From an uncultured Lachnospiraceae bacterium (lineage in GTDB: Bacteria; Bacillota; Clostridia; Oscillospirales; CAG-272), in the NCBI GenBank assembly GCA_964603455.1, contig CAZRVL010000001.1:17031-81030 (forward strand): DNA of 64,000 nt. Direction: 5' to 3'. The first letter of the stretch is position 1. The number at the start of each line of letters is the position of its first letter. The translations under genes were made by a program, and so were the position numbers. Positions 27,342 through 35,596 of this stretch are shown here, piece by piece. The notes below the pieces were generated by a model. It was given only the letters and a program-made list of their open reading frames with translations. It made no database searches and had not been told where the DNA came from.

Positions 27342-29282
27342 ATGTCACAAAGCAAACATTTTGAAAAGTTCGCGTGGAGCGTGACAGCTCTGATGCTAGT
27401 CATCACGATATTATTTATGAACGGAAGCTCGCTCGGAATACAGGTATCGGCACGTACTATGGGCTATGAGACGAGATTATTCGACAATTCAAGAATGCAC
27501 ACCATAGATATTGTTATGGATGACTGGGACGATCTAATTGCAAATGCCGCCGATGAAGAATATTATAACGCAAGCATAGTTATAGACGGAGAGGCATATA
27601 AAAATGTCGGAATACGCGCAAAAGGCAATACTTCCCTCTCAAACGTTGCCTCAATGGGAAGCGAACGCTACAGCTTAAAGATCGAATTTGACCACTATGA
27701 CAGCACAAAGACCTATTACGGACTCGATAAGCTCTGTCTCAACAATCTAATTCAGGATTCGACTATGATGAAGGACTATCTGACATATACTCTGATGAAC
27801 GAATTTGGAGTAAATGCACCACTGTGCAGCTTTACATACATCACAGTAAACGGCAATGACTGGGGAATGTATCTCGCGGTAGAAGGAATCGAGGATGCCT
27901 TTCTGACGAGAAATTACGGTTCTGACCACGGCGAGCTATATAAACCCGACAGCATGAGCTTCGGCGGCGGCAGAGGGAACGGCAAAGATTTCGACATGAA
28001 TGAGATAATGGAAAATTTTGATTTTTCGGACGTATCTATGCCACAGTTTCCAAACAGCATGGCTGACGGTGATATGCAAATGTATCGTGAAAGCGGCGAT
28101 ATGAAAAACGATATGGGAAATATCGAGCCGCCGAATATGAATAGCGGTATACCGCAGATGTCAGATACAGATCTTCCGAATCTCGAAGATACGAAAGAAA
28201 ATGATCTCGGAGATTTGTCATTTGGCGGAAAAGACCTCGGTAAAGCCGATCACAGAGAAATGGGCGGATTCGGCGGTGGAATGGGTTCATCAGATGTAAA
28301 GCTGCAATATATAGATGATGAGCTTGATAGCTATTCAAATATATGGGACAATGCAAAGACAAATATTTCCGAAGCCGATAAAAAGCGGTTGATTGAGTCC
28401 TTAAAATCATTATACGAATATGACAACATAGAAGATGTCGTTGACATTGATGGCGTTCTAAAATATTTCGTAGTACACAATTATGTCGTGAACGGTGACA
28501 GCTACACCGGCTCGATGGTACACAACTACTATCTCTATGAAAAAGATGGTCAGCTTTCGATGATACCATGGGATTACAACCTCGCATTCGGTACATTTGC
28601 CGGCGGTAATGCGTCTTCAACCGTCAACGAGCCGATAGATTCTCCCACATCAGATCCCGATGACCGACCGATGTGGGGATGGATATTGTCTGATGAAAAA
28701 TACACCGAAATGTATCACGAATACTTTTCGGAATTACTTAAGATAGATATTTCACAGATAATCGACAGCGCATATGAGCTTATAAAGGATTATGTCGAAA
28801 AAGACCCGACAAAATTCTATGACTATGATGAATTTGAAAAGGGCGTATCGACTTTGCGCGAATTTTGTAAGCTTCGCAGCGAAAGCATAGAAATACAGCT
28901 CGAAAACAACGAAACTTACGAAGCTATGAATTATTCAGATGCTTCGCATATAACGCTTTCGGATATGGGTTCGATGGATATGGGCAAAAACACCAATATG
29001 AATGAAATGCCGAATATTGGTCAGATGCTGCCCGAAGGCTTCAGAGCAGATGGCTCTAACGGTGAGATACCGAACGATACGGCGCGAAATGACCGAAGTG
29101 ACAAAAATTTCGATAATTTTGAAAAAGATCAAAAGCAAGAACGCTTTGAAGGCATGAATACACCCGATATGCAGCTTCCGAACGGTTCTCGGACAGTATC
29201 TAATGTAAATTCATGGATACTTGTCGGAATATCCTTTGCTGTGCTTTGTATCGGAATAATCATTGCAAAAATCCACAAATAG
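27342..29282 (+). CDS. CotH-family atypical kinase-like protein, membrane-anchored at both ends
   Basis: It starts 4 nt after the DUF4956 stop. N-terminal TM (FAWSVTALMLVITILFM) and C-terminal TM (WILVGISFAVLCIGIIIA). CotH-like core (YSLKIEFDHY, MMKDYLTYTLMNEFGV, GELYKPD, HNYYLYEKDG...WDYNLAFG). Confidence 0.7.
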   Translation: MSQSKHFEKFAWSVTALMLVITILFMNGSSLGIQVSARTMGYETRLFDNSRMHTIDIVMDDWDDLIANAADEEYYNASIVIDGEAYKNVGIRAKGNTSLSNVASMGSERYSLKIEFDHYDSTKTYYGLDKLCLNNLIQDSTMMKDYLTYTLMNEFGVNAPLCSFTYITVNGNDWGMYLAVEGIEDAFLTRNYGSDHGELYKPDSMSFGGGRGNGKDFDMNEIMENFDFSDVSMPQFPNSMADGDMQMYRESGDMKNDMGNIEPPNMNSGIPQMSDTDLPNLEDTKENDLGDLSFGGKDLGKADHREMGGFGGGMGSSDVKLQYIDDELDSYSNIWDNAKTNISEADKKRLIESLKSLYEYDNIEDVVDIDGVLKYFVVHNYVVNGDSYTGSMVHNYYLYEKDGQLSMIPWDYNLAFGTFAGGNASSTVNEPIDSPTSDPDDRPMWGWILSDEKYTEMYHEYFSELLKIDISQIIDSAYELIKDYVEKDPTKFYDYDEFEKGVSTLREFCKLRSESIEIQLENNETYEAMNYSDASHITLSDMGSMDMGKNTNMNEMPNIGQMLPEGFRADGSNGEIPNDTARNDRSDKNFDNFEKDQKQERFEGMNTPDMQLPNGSRTVSNVNSWILVGISFAVLCIGIIIAKIHK

Positions 29283-29299
29283 AATATCAAAATAAGACA

Positions 29300-29330
29300 G
29301 CACCTCAAAAGTAAAATGCTTTTGGGGTGC
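29300..29330. terminator. Bidirectional terminator
   Basis: GCACCTCAAAAG-7 nt-CTTTTGGGGTGC, a 12-bp stem with one G-U pair, between the convergent CotH and SGNH genes. Confidence 0.7.
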
Positions 29331-29349
29331 ATATCATTTTCAGAGCAGA

Positions 29350-30072
29350 TCATTCACAGAGCATAGTTTTTAGCAGCTCATATGCAAACATCCAATGAAG
29401 CTCACGTGTCGGATGATTTGCGTGATTTGACAAAAGTCTATTGGTATCAACTCCGCCTTCAGCCATCTTTTGCCAGATCAAATTGCAATCACATATTTTC
29501 ACATCAAGCTCTTCAGCTGTTTTTCTTCCGAGTTCAAGATATTTTTCAAGCCATCCGTCTCGTTCATTTTCGCTGATTGAGCGTATACAGCTCTCAAGTA
29601 TCTTGTCGCTGTCCTTATAATCGGCATAATTACACCTGAGATTCGGAGTCATGAATATCGCTTCAGCACCGCTGTTTTGTATCCTTTTGAATATTTCCTT
29701 AAGAGATTCTCCGTACCTTTCAAGCTCGGTTTCCTTTCTTCCGGCATCATTCAGACCATAGCATACAACTACAAGATCCGGAGAAAAGCTGAGAACATCG
29801 AGTTCGAGCCTTGCAAGTCCGTTCCAAGAGGTATCACCGCTAATTCCGGCATTTATAATGTTTACCGATACTGACGGATATATTATAGCGAGAAGGCTTT
29901 TGAGCTTTGACGAATAAGCTTCATCGGGATAAAATGTAGTCTTGACCTGTCCGTTTTCACTGTATATCTCAAAGCAGCCCTGAGTCACACTGTCTCCCAA
30001 AAAGGCTATCACCGGCTGTCGGCAGGAATTTAAATTGCTCTGCTTTTCCTTGAAACGTTCGATTATCTTCAT
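29350..30072 (-). CDS. SGNH/GDSL-type hydrolase (esterase)
   Basis: Start MKIIERF at 30072 forms an ATGA overlap with the upstream stop. Block I is FLGDSVTQG and block III is CYGLNDAG. Confidence 0.7.
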   Translation of the reverse strand: MKIIERFKEKQSNLNSCRQPVIAFLGDSVTQGCFEIYSENGQVKTTFYPDEAYSSKLKSLLAIIYPSVSVNIINAGISGDTSWNGLARLELDVLSFSPDLVVVCYGLNDAGRKETELERYGESLKEIFKRIQNSGAEAIFMTPNLRCNYADYKDSDKILESCIRSISENERDGWLEKYLELGRKTAEELDVKICDCNLIWQKMAEGGVDTNRLLSNHANHPTRELHWMFAYELLKTMLCE

Positions 30073-32072
30073 ATGAATAATTCCTCCATTCCCCAATCGG
30101 ATAAGAATATTACCGCGAATGCATAGCACAAATGGAAGAGCGAGGTGTTCCATTTCGAAGCTTTTCCCCACGCTTCAATTGTCGTGGTATGACCTTCGGC
30201 GATCATATTCAGCCATCTGGAATCGTTTTTGATCATTTCGCAAATAAGATCATTTCGTCCGAGTCTTTTAAGTCCGGTCATCGATGCAAAGGTCATAAAG
30301 AATGCCGAGGAAGTTGCCGGCTTGCTCATGATCATATCTACTATATTATTCATAGTCTCATCATTAGGACAAAGCCCCATTGCGAGTGCCATAGCATTTG
30401 ACGGTAACGCACAATGTCCACTTTCTGGCGAATCGCGGAATAGATTTTTCTCCGGGCAGAAGAATGTGGCTCTATAAGCTTTCACAAGCTCATCGGTATC
30501 TCGATATATCGGACGACCGAGCTTTTTCGCGATCTTATTTAACGAATTTATCGCGCCTATATAATATGCGTTTATGACATTGTGTGTTCCGACTGCTACT
30601 TTCCCCTCTGTAAGGTCAAAATCATATGAATCGCGTGCTTCCTGCGGCCAATCTACCACACACCATTTGTCAAGATCGTACAAAAGATGATCTTCACGCT
30701 CATATTCGGTTCTGTATGCGTCAAGCACAGCTGCAACACGGTCGAAATTCTCTGCAGCGAAATCAGTATTGCCGGATATATGTATCTGTGCAAGCAAAAG
30801 CTCTGGAAGCATCAGGACATATTCTGCGATCTCCTGCATGAATGAACAGGGCGAACAGGTCATAAGAGTCGGAGTTATAAAGGCTGTGTCGAGCGCATTC
30901 GTGATCATTTTTTCCATCATAGAGGTGTCATCAGTAAGTATCGCAAGCGCAGTACTCGTATATGAGCCGTCACCGAGATATTGTCCCTTCTCACGCTCCA
31001 TACAGTCCTGAATGACCTCTTGAACACCGTATTTTAAGGAATGCACACAAAGCTCCCATACAGCCTTTAACTTCGGATCGTCATATGCACATCCACGTTT
31101 TGCTTCGAACGGATAATGACGTGAAATAAATGCGATCTCACTTATCTCGCACCCTTCAGGAAGGATAAGCTCCATATATCTGAATGACATATAATCATAT
31201 TGATCAAATCTGTCAACCCTGCCCGAAAGCACCATTTCTTCTTCATATGTACAGTTCGCACGGAGCTTATAGCGGACATTGCCGTCATCATTCAGCTCCT
31301 GCCCACATAATAATTTCAGTGTCTCACCTGCTTTTCCAACCGCATTAAAGATAGGGTATCCAACATACTGACTTCCGAAATCGACCATAAGCCCATTATC
31401 TGTTTTTTGAACAGATATCGGAGCTATGATCTCAAAATCGAGTGGTTTTGTAGGCTGTTCAATAAATTTGTAGTCTGCATATTCGTTGATAGCTGAATCA
31501 GACCAATAAGAATCATCGTATTCGGGCTGTTCGAAGCCTATCTCGGCTGAACGGCAATCGTACATCTCCATGAACTGCGTATCATATCCGACCTTGCCTA
31601 TCACATGATAAGCTGTATGGATAGTGCATTTTGTCTTCTCGGAGCTTTTTGCTTTCAGAACACCATCCTCGAATATGTCATATATAAGCCCATGCCGATT
31701 GTCCGCACTGCACCATACGCGGTTCACGAGTCCCTGATAGTATGTGTGGAATGCAACGGTATTTTTTCCCTTACGGACATGATCGGTTATATCAACCTTC
31801 ATATAGTAATATTTGAAATCGAAGCCCGGAGCAGGACCTTGAGTTACAAAGTTTCCGTTTATATAGAGCTTGAAATAATCATCGGCTGTGAGATATATGT
31901 ATACTTTTCCACCGTTATACTCAAAGCTGTCTCTAAAAAGTATATGCTGATCCTGCGGCATATCGCCGGGCGCAGGAGCTTTTTCAAGCTGCCTGTGCCA
32001 AAGCTTTACCGGTTTGAAGTCCTTTAAAGACGGATGTGTTATAAGCCTTCCGTCAAAGATATGGTTTTCCAT
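30069..32072 (-). CDS. Alpha-L-rhamnosidase-like (GH78-type six-hairpin) glycoside hydrolase, cytoplasmic
   Basis: Rhamnosidase-N-like segment (YFKLYINGNFVTQGPAPGFDFKYYYMKVDITDHVRKGKNTVAFH) followed by a large alpha/alpha-toroid-sized region. No signal peptide. Confidence 0.6.
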   Translation of the reverse strand: MENHIFDGRLITHPSLKDFKPVKLWHRQLEKAPAPGDMPQDQHILFRDSFEYNGGKVYIYLTADDYFKLYINGNFVTQGPAPGFDFKYYYMKVDITDHVRKGKNTVAFHTYYQGLVNRVWCSADNRHGLIYDIFEDGVLKAKSSEKTKCTIHTAYHVIGKVGYDTQFMEMYDCRSAEIGFEQPEYDDSYWSDSAINEYADYKFIEQPTKPLDFEIIAPISVQKTDNGLMVDFGSQYVGYPIFNAVGKAGETLKLLCGQELNDDGNVRYKLRANCTYEEEMVLSGRVDRFDQYDYMSFRYMELILPEGCEISEIAFISRHYPFEAKRGCAYDDPKLKAVWELCVHSLKYGVQEVIQDCMEREKGQYLGDGSYTSTALAILTDDTSMMEKMITNALDTAFITPTLMTCSPCSFMQEIAEYVLMLPELLLAQIHISGNTDFAAENFDRVAAVLDAYRTEYEREDHLLYDLDKWCVVDWPQEARDSYDFDLTEGKVAVGTHNVINAYYIGAINSLNKIAKKLGRPIYRDTDELVKAYRATFFCPEKNLFRDSPESGHCALPSNAMALAMGLCPNDETMNNIVDMIMSKPATSSAFFMTFASMTGLKRLGRNDLICEMIKNDSRWLNMIAEGHTTTIEAWGKASKWNTSLFHLCYAFAVIFLSDWGMEELFI

Positions 32073-32089
32073 AAATTACACCTTATATT

Positions 32090-33544
32090 TTATTCAGACA
32101 TCATATTCATAAATGAGTCGATCTCTGCCTGCGCTCCCTCAGCATACTGCTCATACCACGAAGCAAAATCTGTGCTGTTATTTATGCAGACAAGCTCCTC
32201 AAGCGTGTAGAACAGCTTCATCATGTTAGTTCCGAAGCCGAAATAGTTCATTCCCGCGTCATATACGATATTGTCGAATATAATATCCATCATAGCTGCT
32301 GAATCATCATCGCGTGACAGCTTTCCGACAAGCGTAACATCATAATATGCGGGGATAGTGGTCTTCTGACTGATATAGCTCATATAATCGATGACCTTCG
32401 CGACCATTTCGGGATTCTTTATAGATGCAGGTATACACATAAGAGAGCCCCAGTCATTTGTATAATAGTTGTCCTGTGCTTCATCGTATTTCGGAAATGG
32501 AAGTATGCCGAAATCAACATCGCTGTCTCGAAAATCGTATATCTGATAGAGAGGATACCATTGGAAGAGCGAACGTCCGCTGTCCATATTTATCTGCACG
32601 GATTTATCGTTCACGTAAGCATACGACCAGATATAGATCGATTGGTCGTTGTTAAGTGCTTTATTGAATTTTTCAATTATGTCTATAGTTTTTTCGCTGT
32701 AGTATGCCAACTCAAAGCCATCATCATTCTTATCTGCAAGGAATATGTCACATGCATATGGAATGCAGTTGAGTATCCAGTTACCGAGTCCGGTGATGCC
32801 GTATTGATCATTCACGTCCATAGTCGAATCGCCGTTAATATCGACTGTCGCTTTTTCAGCCATCTCATACATTTTATCGAAAGTCCATGTTCCATCGTAT
32901 ACAAGCTTATATGGATCTTCCATTCCGAAATCGGTTATCATGTCCTTATTGAACAATATGCAGCATGGATTTGCTATCATGTAATCCGAAACAGCATAAT
33001 ATTGCTTATCTCCGAGAGAGAGCGCATCGTTGAAGTTTCGGTTGTAATAATCCTTTGAGAAGTCAATATACGGCAGCTCGTTCCAATCGTAAAGGCTTCC
33101 GCTCGTCAGCATATCAGATACACCGCGTATACAGTGCGGAAGAGCCAATTGGAAGGAATCGTCTCCGGCAGCTACTGTCTGCTGCACCGTACTTGCAAGA
33201 TCACGATGTGTCGGAACGATATAGTTTTCTATCTCGACACCAAGATAATCTTCGGTCATGAGCTCACGCTCATATATCGCATCATTCATACGGTCGCCGT
33301 TCGCTTCCTCAGCAAAGAAATATTCATCATAGAAAGGAAGCTCGAATGCGAGTATAGTGAATTTCTCACCGCCGAAATCAGATCTTTCAAAATCCGGAGT
33401 ATCAGCAGCCTTTGTACCGCTATCAGAGTTCGAAGCAGAGCTATCGCTTGATGCTTCGGTATTTTCTCCGTTTTCGTTATTGCCGCATGAGAACGCGGAA
33501 AGCAACATGGACGCTAAAAGTATCAGGGTTATCGCTCTTTTCAT
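32090..33544 (-). CDS. Solute-binding-protein-type lipoprotein, paralog 3
   Basis: SD GAAAGGA precedes ATG 33544; the track start 33562 is a TTG inside the SD. Lipobox LSAFSCGN. Motifs FGILPFPKYDEAQDNY and YYDVTLVGKLSRDDDSAAMMDIIF. Confidence 0.6.
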   Translation of the reverse strand: MKRAITLILLASMLLSAFSCGNNENGENTEASSDSSASNSDSGTKAADTPDFERSDFGGEKFTILAFELPFYDEYFFAEEANGDRMNDAIYERELMTEDYLGVEIENYIVPTHRDLASTVQQTVAAGDDSFQLALPHCIRGVSDMLTSGSLYDWNELPYIDFSKDYYNRNFNDALSLGDKQYYAVSDYMIANPCCILFNKDMITDFGMEDPYKLVYDGTWTFDKMYEMAEKATVDINGDSTMDVNDQYGITGLGNWILNCIPYACDIFLADKNDDGFELAYYSEKTIDIIEKFNKALNNDQSIYIWSYAYVNDKSVQINMDSGRSLFQWYPLYQIYDFRDSDVDFGILPFPKYDEAQDNYYTNDWGSLMCIPASIKNPEMVAKVIDYMSYISQKTTIPAYYDVTLVGKLSRDDDSAAMMDIIFDNIVYDAGMNYFGFGTNMMKLFYTLEELVCINNSTDFASWYEQYAEGAQAEIDSFMNMMSE

Positions 33545-33580
33545 TTTGATATTTCCTTTCAATGAAAAATTATTTTTAGA

Positions 33581-34153
33581 TCATTCGGGTCTATCTTCAA
33601 GAGTGAGCTCGTAATCTCCGAGATGCTTGACCTTGAAGCCGTTTTTCTTATATTCGTTGTAATCGAAAGCTTCGAGCTCATCGATAGCTAATTTGTGGAA
33701 CTCATAGAAATTGTGCCACCATTCATAGCCGCTGCCAAGCTCTGCACCAAGGTAAGCATCCGCTATATCGCAGCCCATCTTCGGCGCAACATAAAACGCC
33801 CCCATCGCCAGAACATTTACACCGTTTCCTGTTATTGCGCGAAGCGCAGCAGGAACACTTTCGACCACTCCGGCATGTACGTGCGGACACTTTGAGGCCG
33901 CGATATGTATACCCATTCCGGTACCGCAAAATATGAGTGCGCGCTCAAATTCCCCTTCTGAAATCATCGAACCGACTCTGAGTCCAACTCTGTGGAACAT
34001 AAGATCGGTATCGTTCGGATCTGAATCGGCACGAACTCCGACATCGGTTATTTTCCACCCCTTCTTTTTCAGATGCTCTACGACCGCCTCCTTCAGCGGA
34101 TAGCCGGCGAAATCCGCACCGACCAAAAGCTCCTTTTCTTTGATGGTTTTCAT
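33581..34153 (-). CDS. RpiB/LacA/LacB family sugar-phosphate isomerase with a C-terminal extension of about 40 aa
   Basis: GADFAGYPLKEAVVEHLKKKGWKITDVG and active-site region IFCGTGMGIHIAASK. 190 aa, against about 150 for canonical RpiB. Confidence 0.75.
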   Translation of the reverse strand: MKTIKEKELLVGADFAGYPLKEAVVEHLKKKGWKITDVGVRADSDPNDTDLMFHRVGLRVGSMISEGEFERALIFCGTGMGIHIAASKCPHVHAGVVESVPAALRAITGNGVNVLAMGAFYVAPKMGCDIADAYLGAELGSGYEWWHNFYEFHKLAIDELEAFDYNEYKKNGFKVKHLGDYELTLEDRPE

Positions 34154-34207
34154 AAGATTACCTCTGCTTTCTCTCCGTTCGGAGTATTTTTTATTCCGAC
34201 CATATGG

Positions 34208-35209
34208 TCAAAATATATTTACTGTGGAATTTCTCTCTATAACCTCTGTCGGAATACGTATCTTTTCATATTCCGAGCTTTTTTCCGAGATCAGTTTTTT
34301 TATTAGCTCAGCGGTATTCAATGCGAGAGCCTTTATATCCTGTCTCACGGTCGTAAGAGGTATCGGAGATGTGATAGAGAATATACTGTCATCGAAGCCT
34401 GCAACAGATACTGTTTCGGGTATTTTTATCCCGGCAGAGACCAGACGGTTAACTACTCCGAGCGCAACGAAATCATTTACACACACGATAGCATCCGGCG
34501 GTGACTTAATGAATTTTTCAGCGGCATCGAAGGCTGCCGTATAGTCGATCTTATCAATGCAAACTATTTCAAAATCGACATTTTCGTTAAGCGATTCGAT
34601 AAATGCCTTGGTTCGACAGTCTATCGTCCATGTTCCCGAAAGTCCGGTCATGTATGCTACTCTTTTCGGGAATCTTGAAAGTATCTTTTCCACAAGGCTG
34701 TGCATTCCGCTTTCAAGATCACAGTACACACAGCTCATATCCTCGATAAAGGTAGTCGCGCATACCGTGGGAATATCCGAAGTCTTCAACAGCTTAAGTG
34801 ATGCCGAAAGGTCAAGCGGCAGATTTATAGGAACATAGATTATTCCCTCTACCTTTGAAGCTATCATATCACGTATCGCTCGTTCCTCCTTTGTAGGCGA
34901 GTTTGACGAGATGAATATCGAAAGTGAGAATCCGATCTCCGAAACTCGGTCTGAAAGCTCCTTTACAAACGAGGAATAATATATATTTTCAATATCCGGA
35001 ACTACCAGACCGAGCATTCCGCTTTTCTGCCTGACAAGTCGTCTTGCATAAAGATTTGGAACATATCCGAGCTCATCAGCAACTTTTTTTATAAGCTCCC
35101 GCGTTTCGAGCTTAACAAGAGAATTTCCGTTGAGAGCCAATGAAACCGTGGCTTCGGACATATTGACTGCCTTAGCTATGTCACATATAGTAACCGATCT
35201 TTTTGCCAT
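34208..35209 (-). CDS. LacI family transcriptional regulator
   Basis: SD GGAGG lies 5 nt before ATG 35209 (MAKRSVTICDIAKAVNMSEATVSLALNG, the HTH), followed by a periplasmic-binding-fold effector domain. Confidence 0.85.
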   Translation of the reverse strand: MAKRSVTICDIAKAVNMSEATVSLALNGNSLVKLETRELIKKVADELGYVPNLYARRLVRQKSGMLGLVVPDIENIYYSSFVKELSDRVSEIGFSLSIFISSNSPTKEERAIRDMIASKVEGIIYVPINLPLDLSASLKLLKTSDIPTVCATTFIEDMSCVYCDLESGMHSLVEKILSRFPKRVAYMTGLSGTWTIDCRTKAFIESLNENVDFEIVCIDKIDYTAAFDAAEKFIKSPPDAIVCVNDFVALGVVNRLVSAGIKIPETVSVAGFDDSIFSITSPIPLTTVRQDIKALALNTAELIKKLISEKSSEYEKIRIPTEVIERNSTVNIF

Positions 35210-35227
35210 ATGAACCTCCGTCTTAAA

Positions 35228-35243
35228 TTTAAAACGTTTCAAA
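35228..35243. promoter_or_regulatory. Candidate LacI-family operator in the lacI-type gene leader
   Basis: TTTAAAACGTTTCAAA is a 16-bp palindrome with one mismatch centred on CG, matching the TGAAACGTTTCA-type half-sites of LacI/CcpA-family operators. It lies between the predicted -10 and the SD. Confidence 0.45.
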
Positions 35244-35266
35244 AATATTGTATAAACTATATTAAA

Positions 35267-35295
35267 ATTATATCATTTAATCTCAGATTTGTCAA
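35267..35295 (-). promoter_or_regulatory. Sigma-A type promoter of the lacI-rpiB-SBP-GH-esterase operon
   Basis: Minus strand reads TTGACA (35295-35290), 17 nt, TATAAT (35272-35267). Confidence 0.65.
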
Positions 35296-35401
35296 TCATT
35301 AAAGCGCATAAAATATATAATCATATATAAATATTTATGCGTATAATCGCCTATATCAACATTAAAAATCAATTTTTTAAAACAGGCTCTAATAACATAC
35401 A

Positions 35402-35437
35402 AAAAGACAGCTCCATCATTAAGTGAAGCTGTCTTTT
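35402..35437 (-). terminator. Rho-independent terminator about 160 nt downstream of the GH stop
   Basis: AAAAGACAGCT-loop-AGCTGTCTTTT with A/T-rich flanks. Confidence 0.65.
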
Positions 35438-35596
35438 AAATCTATTTCGAAGATTTTTGTTTTTTCGCTCATTCAGCATTGACTACCAAGCCAACTTTTA
35501 GAACACCGGCTCTGCATTTGCGAAATCAGTTCATTTTAATTATTTTCAGGACATAGCTTTTCAGCAGTCGCCGAGCTGAACATCGGTTCATTTAAT

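Noticed and set aside
35438-35596. Possible degenerate fourth copies of the repeat family. One is in the 160-nt 3' UTR of the GH78-like gene (minus strand, TAGTCAATGCTGAATGAG...AAAAATC). The other is at 37404-37535 (GCGTGATCTGTGC ... GCAGATCCGC arms).
   Set aside because: Only short patches match (TAGTCAA, GATCTGT). Identity is too low to call by eye, and it needs a profile search.
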